From assembly GCA_964409935.1 (NCBI GenBank), contig CAYPFP010000005.1, forward strand, positions 25,640-89,639: a stretch of 64,000 bases of DNA. Reading direction: 5' to 3'. The notes under the pieces are model-generated. The model saw nothing but the letters and a program-made list of their open reading frames with translations. It had not been told where the DNA came from and did no database searches. The position numbers and the translations under genes were made by a program. Source of the DNA: an uncultured Planctomycetota bacterium. Its GTDB lineage: Bacteria > Planctomycetota > Brocadiia > JAADGH01 > CAYPFP01. Of this stretch, positions 40,734 to 50,900 are shown in pieces; the first letter of the stretch is position 1, and each line of letters opens with the position of its first letter.

Positions 40734-40886
40734 ATGAGGGTCACCTTTTTCATCGAGATACTTCGCGGCATCATCGTGAGGGGTGCGGGGTGGGACGCGT
40801 TGTGGGATGAAGCTGTCGCGCTCGCGGCTTTCGCTCTTATTGTCACCGTCTTGGCGGCGCTGCGATTCCGGAAGACCTTGGAGTGA
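40734..40886 (+). pseudogene. remnant C-terminal tail of an ABC-2 type transporter permease
   Basis: Encodes only FFIEILRGIIVRGAGWDALWDEAVALAAFALIVTVLAALRFRKTLE, which matches the conserved last TM helix of ABC-2 permeases. There is no upstream permease body or ATPase; the upstream frames are scrambled. Confidence 0.45.
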
Positions 40887-40958
40887 TCGCCGTCCGCCCC
40901 TTCCCAACGCCGTCTCGTGAGGTACAATAGACATAGACACTTATCCAATGGAGCGAGC

Positions 40959-41297
40959 ATGCTGAAGATTCAGGATCAGCCTGCCGACGACTACCACGTG
41001 GTTGCGCTTACCGGGTCGCTGGAGACGCAGAACGTTCCGGAGCTACAGCACCACCTGCATCAGGTCTTGAAGAAGCAGGTGACAGTGATTCTCGATCTCT
41101 CCGGCCTCGAGTACATCACCAGCGCCGGGGCGGCGCTGTTTGTGGAAATCGGGGGATTGGCCCGCAAGATCGGGCGCAGTCTTCGGCTTGCCGCCCCCCA
41201 GCACCATGTCAGGGAGACGCTGTCCATCCTCCACCTCGATTCCAGTGAGGTGCTGTTCGCGATCTACCCCACGCTCGAAGAGGCAATCAAGGGCTGA
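40959..41297 (+). CDS. STAS-domain anti-sigma-factor antagonist (SpoIIAA-like)
   Basis: MLKIQDQPADDYHVVALTGSLE...LDLSGLEYITSAGAALFVEI is the STAS pattern with the conserved phosphorylatable Ser position. GGAG RBS. Confidence 0.7.
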   Translation: MLKIQDQPADDYHVVALTGSLETQNVPELQHHLHQVLKKQVTVILDLSGLEYITSAGAALFVEIGGLARKIGRSLRLAAPQHHVRETLSILHLDSSEVLFAIYPTLEEAIKG

Positions 41298-41309
41298 CGC
41301 CCGAAAGGA

Positions 41310-44300
41310 TCACGGCGTCGCCGTGACCGTGTACCGCCACGAACCCACGACGACGTTTGCCGCCGCCCAGAGACCCACGTTGTCGTTGTTCGGGTTGGCG
41401 TCCGACGTCACCCAACCAGTAACCTGCATGATCCGATCCAATCCAACCGCCACCGTGGGCGCAGGCCGGTTGGCGTTCTGCGCCTGCCACGTCGAGAAAC
41501 CTCCCACCAACCCAAACACTCCCCCCAAGGCCACGGGGTCGGCAACCCAGCCGCTATCCGGGATCGCGTAGGCCGTGTTATTCACAAACCCGGATGCAGC
41601 GTCCCAGAGGGTCTCCGATACACGCATTGACGAGAGCATAAGCACCTTGAAGGCCTCCCCCGGCCGATCGTCGAGCGCGACATCGCCGGAAGTCTCCATA
41701 CTAATCGTTGCGGTAAACGAGTCCTGGGCCGGGGGCGCGAAGCGGATTGTGCCGGCGACATGAAGGCCGGATATTGTACTTGATAGCGAAACCACAAGAT
41801 CAATCCCCACCGTCGTCCAACTGACGCTGACCGGCGCGCCCTGGGAGTAAACGCCGCCTGACCAGAACGACGGCAATACAACAACCGATGTTCCCCAAGT
41901 TGAGTCGGGACCATAGTTCATGCGCAGATAGCCGCTGTCGAGGTGCAAAGCGGCATACTGGGGGAAATCGCCGCCCTCACCGTACGCAATGCGAAGCTCG
42001 ATTGCGCCTGAATTCAGGGCTACACTCCAGGACCGCGAGGGTCCCAAGGCGCCCGTATTGAACAGAACGGATGCCGCCGTCTGCGCATCCGCAAGCCCGC
42101 CCGCGGCAACGATGTCCTTTCGCCCATCCCGGTCCAGGTCGGCCACCACGATGGCCTGCGGGTCGCCAGAGGCAAAATAGCGAACAGGAGAACGGAAACT
42201 GCCGTCGCCATTCCCCCGGAGTACCGCAACGCAATTGCCGAAACCGGCCGTCACAATGAGATCGGCCTTCGAATCGCCATCCACGTCGGCAATTGCCACG
42301 GCTTCCGGGAAGCGAACCGAACTCACACTCGCGGCGAAGGCAAAGGTCCCGTCACCATTCCCCAGCAATATTCGAAGGATGCTGGAGGCGGGATTGCTGA
42401 CCGCAATATCGCTCTTTCCGTCCCCATTCAAGTCAGCCAGGGCAAACCGTTTCGCACCCGACCCCGCTCCTGCGGATGATCCCACGACAAAAGCTCCATC
42501 CCCGTCGCCGAGGAGGACCCAGAATTCCGATTGGCTGAGGACAATCACGTCAGGTTTTCCATCGGCGTTCACGTCCTCAATCACCGCCTGTTGAGGCGCG
42601 TCTCCCACGGAGTACCAAACACCCGAACCCAACGACCCGGCCTCATTGAGAAAGACTTCCGCCCCGGCCGACGCCCCGTTACAGAGGACAACGAGGTCCT
42701 TGAGACCATCGCGATTCAGGTCCGCGATCTGAACGTCCACAGGCGCCACGCCAGCCCCCAAGGTCAACGTAGTCCCCAAGCGGAACGATCCATCTCCATT
42801 TCCATAGAATACCGAAACGCTGCTGGAATCGCTGTTAGCCAAAACCAGGTCATCCAAGCCGTCTGCATTAATATCCCCTACGCCCAAGCCGTTCGTCAAG
42901 TCACCCGAACCGTATGATACAGCCGCGCTGAATGTGCCGTTCCCGTTCCCCAAGAGCACACTAAGCCCCGCGTTGCCGCCAAAAATGAGATCCGCAAACC
43001 CGTCCCGGTTCAGGTCCCACGCCAGAGCATCCTGTATCCCAGGGGCGGCGCCAAGAGTCGCGGCGGCCTGCAGAGACCCATCCCCCCTGCCCTTGTAGAA
43101 AATGATGCTGTCATAGCCGGGATTCGTGACGACAACGTCCTTAAAGCCGTCCCCGTCAAAGTCCTCAACAGACAACGCGCCGAGGAGCGTCCCGCCCGGA
43201 TATGTTGTAGGCGGCATGAATGTGCCGTCGCCGTTGCCCGTCACGATGAGAAGGTTGTTCCCGAAGGGATTTGTGACAAGCAGGTCAGGTTTGTTGTCGC
43301 GGTTCATGTCCGAGACGGCAAGCCTGCCCGGGTACGCGGCCAAAGGCCGAACTATCTCGGTCTGGAAGCCCGTCGTCAAGCTGCCAAGCAGGACCGTGTA
43401 CGCGCCGTCCGAGGTCACGGTTACGATATCCATCCATGGATCCGCATTGACCCGCGCGGCCGCCACGCCGACATAGCCCGTCGTGGTCCCATAAGCCACA
43501 GGCTCCGAGAATGTTCCGCCCCCTTTGGCATACAGGACATACAGGCCGTTCAGGCAACCCACAATAATGTCGGGCCTGTTGTCCCGATTCATATCCGCAA
43601 CCGCCAAGGTCTGCGGCCAGTCAGGCAACTGGATGGCCGTATCCTGAACGAAGGTTCCGTCCCCCCGACCGCGCAACACCACAAGTTCTTCCGACTCGCC
43701 ACTGCCGACGATAATGTCAGGACGTCCGTCGCCCGTTATGTCCCCCACGGCAAGTCCCGCCGGCCAGGCTCCAATGCCATAGGTTACCGCGCCTCGGAAT
43801 GTGCCATTGCCATTACCCATAAGGACTGCGAGGCCATCGGCGCCGGACACGACGATATCCAGTCTTCTGTCGCCATTCAGGTCACTGACCGCTAGTTCGA
43901 GAGGCAACACGCCGACAGGATATTCGCTTGACAAACGGAAGGCCCCCGCCCCATCCCCCAAGAGGATCGAGACGGAGTCCGCCTCACCGTTCGCCACAAC
44001 CAAGTCAAGCCTGCCGTCGCCGTCGAGATCGCCGGCCACGACGTCCTGCGGGCCAGCGCCTGTCTCGAAGATTCTCGCTGCGGCAAAAGACAATCCACCC
44101 GCAACCACCTGCGCAAATGCATTCGCCGGCACAAGGGCGCCCGTACTGCGCGTGTCGTAGCGCAGCAGGTTCCCAACCCCCGGTGACTTGGCCTGCCACT
44201 TCCCGGCCCAGTCGCCGTCCACCGTGGCGTTGCCAAACTGACGTGCGGTGACCGTCCCCGTCATCGCCCGCCGCACGTAGATTTCGTTGAGGCCTGGAGC

Positions 44301-45377
44301 GCCCGTCTGGACTCCGCCGATTTTCACGATTCCCGCAAGCGTTCCCCCAATGACTATGGCCTTGCCCGCGGTGCTTACCACATTTCCGGAAATGCCTGCG
44401 GACGCGCCCGCAGGCAGATCGCCATCAAGGCCGAGCACGCCCTGCAGGTCCTTGGATATCTGTATCTTTGCCCCAGGAAGCACCGCCCCGCGCAAGTCTA
44501 TAGCGCCTGACGGCAACACAGCGCCCCTCACGGAAATGCTGCCGCTGAAATCTCTACCTTGTGGCAGAAAGATGGCGCCCCCCAAGTTCCCGCTCACGGA
44601 CACACTCGCCTTGCCCCCTCCCAAAGTCAAACCGCCGCTGCTAAGCCCGCCGCTCACCTTGACGACGCCTCCGGCGGCCTGCAACACGATGGCTGTGTCC
44701 TGGACCCCGCCGTACAACGCAACTCTCTTCGCATAAGCGCCAACGACGAGTTCCGAACCCGTCACCCCGCGACTGACGTTAACCGAGCCTACGGTACCGT
44801 CGAGTTTGATAGAGCCGTCAAGGACCGGGCCTTTCACCGAGAGCGACTTCACTCCTCCTCCTACATGAATGTCGCCATCAGTGAGGCCGCCTTTCAGAGT
44901 GATCTTGCCCGCTGTTCCCCCAACCTCGATAGAAGGGTCGCCGGTGGTCCCGATGGGGCGAAGGTCCCCGCCGACGGTGATCCCGCCCACAGACCCAGAC
45001 AGAGAGACCTGGGCGGACACAACCCCTCTCGACCAGGGAGTAAGTGACAATTGCCCCAAGCCGCCTCTCCCGGAGACGGCGCCGCCCCAAAGAGTGTTCC
45101 CGCCCGTGGAGTTCATGTCCTTGATGGTAAGGCTGTGGCCCGCAGTCGTGTCCGTCAGGAGGACGCTTTGGATTTCAACGCCTTGGGTCCCCGTCCCGGT
45201 GAGACTCACCAGACCAGTGCCGGAGGTCGGGCCGCTCAAGGCTACTCGAATGAGGTCGCCGTCGGAATCCGAGAACATGACCGGCGTCTTGACTGTCAGT
45301 AGGAAGGCATCCAGCGCGATCCTCGGCTCCAGCTCCTCGATTCTCAGCGCCCGATGGATTCGAGATGAAACGAACAT
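41310..45377 (-). CDS. giant (1355 aa) secreted protein with an N-terminal beta-strand-repeat (autotransporter-associated-like) region, about 12 FG-GAP/VCBS repeats and a unique C-terminal domain
   Basis: ATG at 45377 has a GGAG RBS. It has a Gly-rich beta-helix-like repeat region, many DxNxDGxxD FG-GAP Ca-binding loops, and a C-terminal 300 aa with no recognisable motif. Confidence 0.55.
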   Translation of the reverse strand: MFVSSRIHRALRIEELEPRIALDAFLLTVKTPVMFSDSDGDLIRVALSGPTSGTGLVSLTGTGTQGVEIQSVLLTDTTAGHSLTIKDMNSTGGNTLWGGAVSGRGGLGQLSLTPWSRGVVSAQVSLSGSVGGITVGGDLRPIGTTGDPSIEVGGTAGKITLKGGLTDGDIHVGGGVKSLSVKGPVLDGSIKLDGTVGSVNVSRGVTGSELVVGAYAKRVALYGGVQDTAIVLQAAGGVVKVSGGLSSGGLTLGGGKASVSVSGNLGGAIFLPQGRDFSGSISVRGAVLPSGAIDLRGAVLPGAKIQISKDLQGVLGLDGDLPAGASAGISGNVVSTAGKAIVIGGTLAGIVKIGGVQTGAPGLNEIYVRRAMTGTVTARQFGNATVDGDWAGKWQAKSPGVGNLLRYDTRSTGALVPANAFAQVVAGGLSFAAARIFETGAGPQDVVAGDLDGDGRLDLVVANGEADSVSILLGDGAGAFRLSSEYPVGVLPLELAVSDLNGDRRLDIVVSGADGLAVLMGNGNGTFRGAVTYGIGAWPAGLAVGDITGDGRPDIIVGSGESEELVVLRGRGDGTFVQDTAIQLPDWPQTLAVADMNRDNRPDIIVGCLNGLYVLYAKGGGTFSEPVAYGTTTGYVGVAAARVNADPWMDIVTVTSDGAYTVLLGSLTTGFQTEIVRPLAAYPGRLAVSDMNRDNKPDLLVTNPFGNNLLIVTGNGDGTFMPPTTYPGGTLLGALSVEDFDGDGFKDVVVTNPGYDSIIFYKGRGDGSLQAAATLGAAPGIQDALAWDLNRDGFADLIFGGNAGLSVLLGNGNGTFSAAVSYGSGDLTNGLGVGDINADGLDDLVLANSDSSSVSVFYGNGDGSFRLGTTLTLGAGVAPVDVQIADLNRDGLKDLVVLCNGASAGAEVFLNEAGSLGSGVWYSVGDAPQQAVIEDVNADGKPDVIVLSQSEFWVLLGDGDGAFVVGSSAGAGSGAKRFALADLNGDGKSDIAVSNPASSILRILLGNGDGTFAFAASVSSVRFPEAVAIADVDGDSKADLIVTAGFGNCVAVLRGNGDGSFRSPVRYFASGDPQAIVVADLDRDGRKDIVAAGGLADAQTAASVLFNTGALGPSRSWSVALNSGAIELRIAYGEGGDFPQYAALHLDSGYLRMNYGPDSTWGTSVVVLPSFWSGGVYSQGAPVSVSWTTVGIDLVVSLSSTISGLHVAGTIRFAPPAQDSFTATISMETSGDVALDDRPGEAFKVLMLSSMRVSETLWDAASGFVNNTAYAIPDSGWVADPVALGGVFGLVGGFSTWQAQNANRPAPTVAVGLDRIMQVTGWVTSDANPNNDNVGLWAAANVVVGSWRYTVTATP

Positions 45378-45421
45378 CACGTCTACTCCACAAGCTGCAT
45401 CAACCACCCTCGTGGGGGCCC

Positions 45422-46774
45422 TCACTTGTTCTCCGAAGTCTCGTCGCCCTTGGGTTTTCCCTTGGGCCATTCCCAGCCGACATACGACAGACCCATGTTG
45501 TAGGCGAGTTGGTCGCGAGGCATCTGCAAGAAGAACTGGTGCCCGGCGTCGGAGCGTCGCAATTGCCTGAAGGCGAGGAATTCGCGTTTCTGCTCCTCGC
45601 TCTCCCACGGGTACTCGTCAGCAACATCTTCCGGGAAGCCGTATTCGACGACCGGCTGCTTCTGCTCGCGAAGCCAGCGCTCCAGCGTAAAGGCACGGCG
45701 CCGCTTGATGAAGACGTTCTTCGTGTGCATAACGTCCTTCAACGCCGAGACCGAGGTAAAGCCGTCCTTGGCGCTCTTCCTGACCAAGTCGAGACCCTGA
45801 TCTGTACGCGCCACAACGCATGAATGATTCTTCCATCGGGCGCCCTGCGTGTCGCCGACCGAAATATCCGCCGTTTCATTCACGCTGTCGAAACACAGAG
45901 AACACCGGAGGGTTTGATACAGGGGCGCCAGGCGCGAGATGTCAAAGCCGTAGTTGTCGAACTCCCAGTGCCGCAGGACCTTTCCATCCTTGAGTGTAAC
46001 GCGGGCGCTACAGTTGCTTTCGCTGTGCATCGTGAACGAGGCCACCTGGGAGAAATCCGTCACACCCAGTTCGCGAATAATGTGCTCGGTAGCGCGCGGG
46101 CTGAGACATACCCCGCAGAAGATGCCGACCGTTACGGTGACCCTTTGCGCGGCGGGAACACCAAGCTTCTGGAGTTTACGCAACGCCTGTATGTGGCAGG
46201 GCAGACCTACGCACACACACCGTTCATCGGCATCCGTCAGGCTATTGAGCGCCTGCAACACCGGCACGAGCACATAACGCGAACCGGCCGACTTGCGCAG
46301 GTCCTGGATGGTTCGAGCGACCACGGGCTGTTGTCGCCAAGGCTCCTTGGAATCGCGCGTGATGACCACGGCGGCATCCACTTCCCTCTTCTCGATCAGA
46401 TAGCTGAGGAAGGCGGCCACAAAGCCACCGGATGCGCCGCGCCGGGACATTTCCGGGTCCGTGGCCCGCCCAACGAATTTTTCCTTAAGGATCCCAAAAT
46501 GGCTCTTGTATTGGCGGCCCGTCCGGGGATCGTAGTTCTCTTTCAGGCTGAAGACCCGACGCATCAGGTCACTCACCGGCAGGCGACGCCCGGGACACGC
46601 CTCCAGACAAGCGCCGCACTTCCTGCACTCGGCCGGTCTCAACTGCCGAGGACAGCGATCGGGGGGATCGAACACGATATGTTTGACGGGGCAGGCCGCC
46701 GCACACGCCCCGCAAGAACAACAAAGCCCAGGCTTGAGGACTTCCTCCACCAGGGCCGTAAAGTCCTTGTGCAT
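45422..46774 (-). CDS. coenzyme F420 hydrogenase/dehydrogenase beta-subunit (FrhB)-like Fe-S flavoprotein
   Basis: Two N-terminal 4Fe-4S ferredoxin motifs (CCSCGACAAACP, CRKCGACLEACP) followed by the FrhB N/C domains. Confidence 0.6.
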   Translation of the reverse strand: MHKDFTALVEEVLKPGLCCSCGACAAACPVKHIVFDPPDRCPRQLRPAECRKCGACLEACPGRRLPVSDLMRRVFSLKENYDPRTGRQYKSHFGILKEKFVGRATDPEMSRRGASGGFVAAFLSYLIEKREVDAAVVITRDSKEPWRQQPVVARTIQDLRKSAGSRYVLVPVLQALNSLTDADERCVCVGLPCHIQALRKLQKLGVPAAQRVTVTVGIFCGVCLSPRATEHIIRELGVTDFSQVASFTMHSESNCSARVTLKDGKVLRHWEFDNYGFDISRLAPLYQTLRCSLCFDSVNETADISVGDTQGARWKNHSCVVARTDQGLDLVRKSAKDGFTSVSALKDVMHTKNVFIKRRRAFTLERWLREQKQPVVEYGFPEDVADEYPWESEEQKREFLAFRQLRRSDAGHQFFLQMPRDQLAYNMGLSYVGWEWPKGKPKGDETSENK

Positions 46775-46775
46775 C

Positions 46776-47837
46776 TTACATCCACTCCTTCAACAGGCGC
46801 TCGACGCTGGCACAGACAGCCATGTGAGACCACCGCATCTGCGCATCGCGCGGAGTCTTCTTGCAGTTGTTTTGGACCTCGACGGTCAGTTCGGGCGTTC
46901 CCGACTTGAGGGTAACCCAATCAATCAGCCATTTACGCCGTCTCGCAGGATCGGCAGGATCCGGACGTCCCATGGTACCCCCATAGGTTCCAACAACCCG
47001 ATACGGCTTCGCGCCGCCGCGTTCCCAGGCCTTCATGACGTCTATCGCCCAGGACGCGGCATAGGCTTGCACTTCTCTTGGAATCCATTCCTGTGTCGGA
47101 TGCTCAACCCACGTGTCATGCGCATCCCAGGGCGGTTCCGTATCCCTCTCCATGCCCTGGTGCAGGTTCAGGAACATATCGTACTTCACCCGCGACGTCA
47201 GCCGATCAATCAGCCGCCACAGGGCGGTCCGCTTCGATTGGTTGCCCTCGGCATACTCTGTCGGACTGATCTGCTCATAGACAATGCCTGGATGGGCGAT
47301 CCTCTCCACAGAGTTGTCGAACTCCGGGTGCTCCGTCCAGAACTTCGCATGATCGGGCGCGTCGCCCTGCATGATGCGGTAGAAGTCCTCGTTGGGCACA
47401 TCGCCTTCCCACACATCACGCGGTGAGCGCGCGCGTCCGTCCGGATTGCCGTCGGGAATGAGAGTGATCAACAGCTTTCGCAGGATTTCATCGCGCGGGA
47501 GATCAGTGGGCGACCCGTCCAGACGCTTACCCGCCAGCAGCTCATTGGCGAACTCCATGCAAGCGGCTGTGCCGGCAGGTTCATGGGCATGGGGAACAAC
47601 CACGAGGAGCTTCTTCTTTCGCGTCGTCTTTCGGGCCTTCTCGGTGATGGCAACGGCATACATCTTCTGACCTGCGAACTGGCGCTCGCACTCAAGTTCG
47701 GTCAGTGTCGGGTACTGATTTCTATATTCGCGCAGCTTGGCTTCGACTTGCGCCGGGCGCACAATCCACCAAGCCGGCAAAGCCTCGCTCATCAACGCTC
47801 GGTCTGACCGCCTCCTGCCCATATCGGCCGAGAGCAC
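46776..47837 (-). CDS. M14-family zinc carboxypeptidase / succinylglutamate-desuccinylase-like deacylase
   Basis: HAHE (HxxE) zinc motif and NPDG motif. Its stop abuts the downstream FrhB-like start codon. Confidence 0.5.
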   Translation of the reverse strand: MLSADMGRRRSDRALMSEALPAWWIVRPAQVEAKLREYRNQYPTLTELECERQFAGQKMYAVAITEKARKTTRKKKLLVVVPHAHEPAGTAACMEFANELLAGKRLDGSPTDLPRDEILRKLLITLIPDGNPDGRARSPRDVWEGDVPNEDFYRIMQGDAPDHAKFWTEHPEFDNSVERIAHPGIVYEQISPTEYAEGNQSKRTALWRLIDRLTSRVKYDMFLNLHQGMERDTEPPWDAHDTWVEHPTQEWIPREVQAYAASWAIDVMKAWERGGAKPYRVVGTYGGTMGRPDPADPARRRKWLIDWVTLKSGTPELTVEVQNNCKKTPRDAQMRWSHMAVCASVERLLKEWM

Positions 47838-47962
47838 ACACCGCGCTCACAGCCTCATATTTTCCAGTATAGCAGGGCGCGAAATGCGCCGCAAGCTATT
47901 TCGAACCCGCTCGCCCCACACTTGCCCCAGACGGCAGATGCTGTGGCAGCCCCCGGCCCCTC

Positions 47963-50900
47963 TCAGACTCTGTTGCGGGATGCGCGCAAGACACCAATCA
48001 GGTCCTGCGCTCCGAGCACGCACGTCGCGGCGACGACGGTAACGCATACCGCCATGAAGACTGTGCCATAGGCCCCCTCGGCCAGCGTTCGCGCCCCCAA
48101 CGCCAGCAGCGCGACGAGCAGGAGCAGTGCGAACTTGACACCCGATGGTTTGCCGCTGCGCCGCCACCCCGCATAGCACAGCAAAGCCACTACGCCGACC
48201 ATGAGCACCATGGCCGGCAAGCCCAGCGCGCCGCGAACGTAAGTCGAGCGGATACGCGCCGGCTTGTCCGTCGCGAGGATAAGGCCCTGATAGTGGAATT
48301 TGTTGGGCAGGTCCGGTTTCTTTCCTGTGTAGATGGACTGCAAGCCCGCGCCGCGGTGCTGGGCCGGAGCCTGGGCCTTCTGTTGTTCGAGCCGCTGAAT
48401 AGCCGCAATGTTCGCCGCCGCCTGCGAGGTCATGGCCTTGGACTCCGCGGCTTCGCGGGCCGCTGGGGTGACGCGCCGCATCTCGGCATACTCGGCGTCC
48501 GCCGAGATCATCTGGAGGCGTTGCTCGAAGTACTCCGGACGTTCTATCCGTGTGAGGTTGCCCGAATCTCGAATAATGTCGTAACCTCTCGGCAAGGCTA
48601 ACGTCCACGCCAGACGCATTATGCCGATATTCACCGCCGGACATTCCAGATCAAGCACGCCAAACAGATGCAGGGGGTTCAGCTTGCTGCTGAAACGGAG
48701 GCGAACCTCAAACGCCTCGGCCGTTCCGCTGATTGACTTTCCGGCCCGAGCGATGGGCAGCTTTGTGATCGTGATCGTCCGGTCCTGCGCCGCGCGCTTC
48801 TCCTGGAAGGGCGACACCGGCTCGCCGCCCACGAAGGCATGCCATATCTCCACCGCCTCGGGCAGGCCAAGCTCCAGGTACTGTTGGCGGCTGTTCCGAA
48901 CGTATGCCACGAAATCGGTGATCATGTTGCCTTCGGCCGTGACCGTCGTCTCCAGTTTGCACGACTCCATGACGGCAACCGTGACCTCCGCCGGATCGTT
49001 GATCCCCCACTCAACCTTGATTGAGAAGGGATGGTCCACATACTTGAACGCCATCAGGATAGGAACCGTGATTCCTTGTTTGTACTCGTGGGGAATCTCG
49101 CGTTCGTCAACCGGCGTCAGATTGGAGAGGCCCTTGTCCGGAAGCGTAAGCTCCACGTCCGACCGGGAAGCCACCGCCAGGAAGCCCGTCTCGCGTTCGA
49201 CATCCAGCGCCTGAACCCCGGCATATTCCAGCGGCGCGTTCTTCTTATCCAGTTTCCGCTGGAATGTGGTAAACAAGCGATACTGCCCCATCTTCTTCGC
49301 TTGCAGCGTGATCGTCCACGTATTCTCTTTCTTGTCCTCGTCTTTGCGCTTTATCGCTTCCCCGTCAATGTCCACATTCGTGACATCGGCCGGGAACTTC
49401 AGCTTGAACGTCTCCACGCCGGCATGCAGTATGTCGTACTTGGCGGTGGCGCTGGCCTGCATGAGGTTCTCGCCGACGGTAATGAAATTGAACAGCTCCG
49501 CAATAACGCGCGGCTCCACGCGCTCGACGGTCAACCCCAATTCCCAAGGCTGCGAGAAGTACTTGAAGGCCAACGCCGTGTCGCCGGGCGCGCCGAAGAA
49601 CGGCTGCGGCAGTTCGCTCACATCAATATCGTCGAGGCCCTTGACTTTTCCTTCCGCCCGTTTCAGTCGGTAGCTCGCTTTGGTTCGGACAGCGACAAAT
49701 CCCCGCTCCTTCTTCGTATCCACCGTGCTGATCACGGGCACCTGAATGCCCTTGAGGATGTCGGCAATCTCTTTCTGCGTGCTCAACTTGAGAGAGTACT
49801 CCCCTTCCTGCTTCTGCTTCAGGCTGACTGTCAGAACTCCTCCGGCCTCGTCGTAGCTCTCGTCGTCCACCTCCTTGCCTTCGACAACCTGGCGTTTGAG
49901 GTCGGACGGGATTTTGATCCTGATCTGGAAAAGGCCCGCCCGACGGATCGTGTAGTTCAACTGGGTCTCCATCGCCAGTTCCTTCTCATCCACTGTGACG
50001 ATGGTGTTCACGACGGCTTCAACCTCGGGCTGAAGCGGGTTAATGGCAAGGGCCATCTTGTAGCCCGGCTTTATGTACCGGAATGCCAAGTCACCCGTCC
50101 CGTCCTTATGCCCCAGTTCCGCCGGCACCTCCTTGACGTCTATCTGGTTGATGCCCTCCACGCGCGCCACCTCGACACGGATCCCCGCCACAGCGGACAC
50201 CACCACAAAGCCGCGTTCGCGCTCCACGTTAGCCAGCGCGATGACGGGCACCTCGGCCGATTGCGGAGTCTTCACGTCGGCCTCCGCCTCAAACCGCAAT
50301 TCGTAGGCGTTCTCGGCCTTGGCCCGCAAGTCCACCCGAACGGTGTTACCTTCCATCTGCCAGTTGTTTATATTCTCTCCGCGCACGTCCACCAGCCGAA
50401 CGCCAGCCGGCACTTGCGCCAGAAAGGAAAAGACGCCCGCATCCCGGATACTGTACTTGACCACGAGACTAAGGCGGAGCGTCTCCACCGAGGCCCGAAC
50501 CTGCGTAAAGGTTTCCGCCGAGACCTTCGCCACCACCTCACTGAGGCCCAGCATCAGCGTGAACGGCCGCTTCAGGTATCGGAAGCCCAGATTAACTTCA
50601 TCGCCGCCCTTTGGCTCAACAGGCGGCAGCTCGCGAACGTCAACCTGCAGGATGTCCTTGCCCTCTTTTGGCTCCACTTGAAGACCCTTCAGAGCCGCAA
50701 TGGCGATGTGGCCCGTTTCGCGCATAACGTCAAGCGGTTGAATGCTGGGCGCCTCAAAAGTGGCTGGTACCTTCTCAAGCGGCAGTTCAAGCCTCAGCAC
50801 CACCTTGGCCGACTTGTCGGCCTCCCCCGTCAGGTCAATGCGAAGGACGCGACTTGACTCCGCACCTTCCACGTCCCAGGTACGCATATCCTTGCATTCG

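Noticed and set aside
45824-46909. 361-aa plus-strand ORF antisense to the FrhB-like and M14 genes
   Set aside because: It straddles a real gene junction and has no motifs.
47885-47910. TTCGAACCC T-loop-like motif suggesting a tRNA
   Set aside because: No complementary 5-bp T-stem and no acceptor or anticodon arms on either strand.
47847-48644. 265-aa minus-strand ORF overlapping the 3' end of the giant gene in another frame
   Set aside because: R/G/A-rich with no RBS. The overlapped frame encodes the conserved C-terminal TM anchor.
49031-50857. 608-aa plus-strand ORF inside the repetitive giant gene
   Set aside because: Antisense shadow. It is R/L/H-rich, and the minus strand carries the coherent repeat architecture with a signal peptide and TM anchor.
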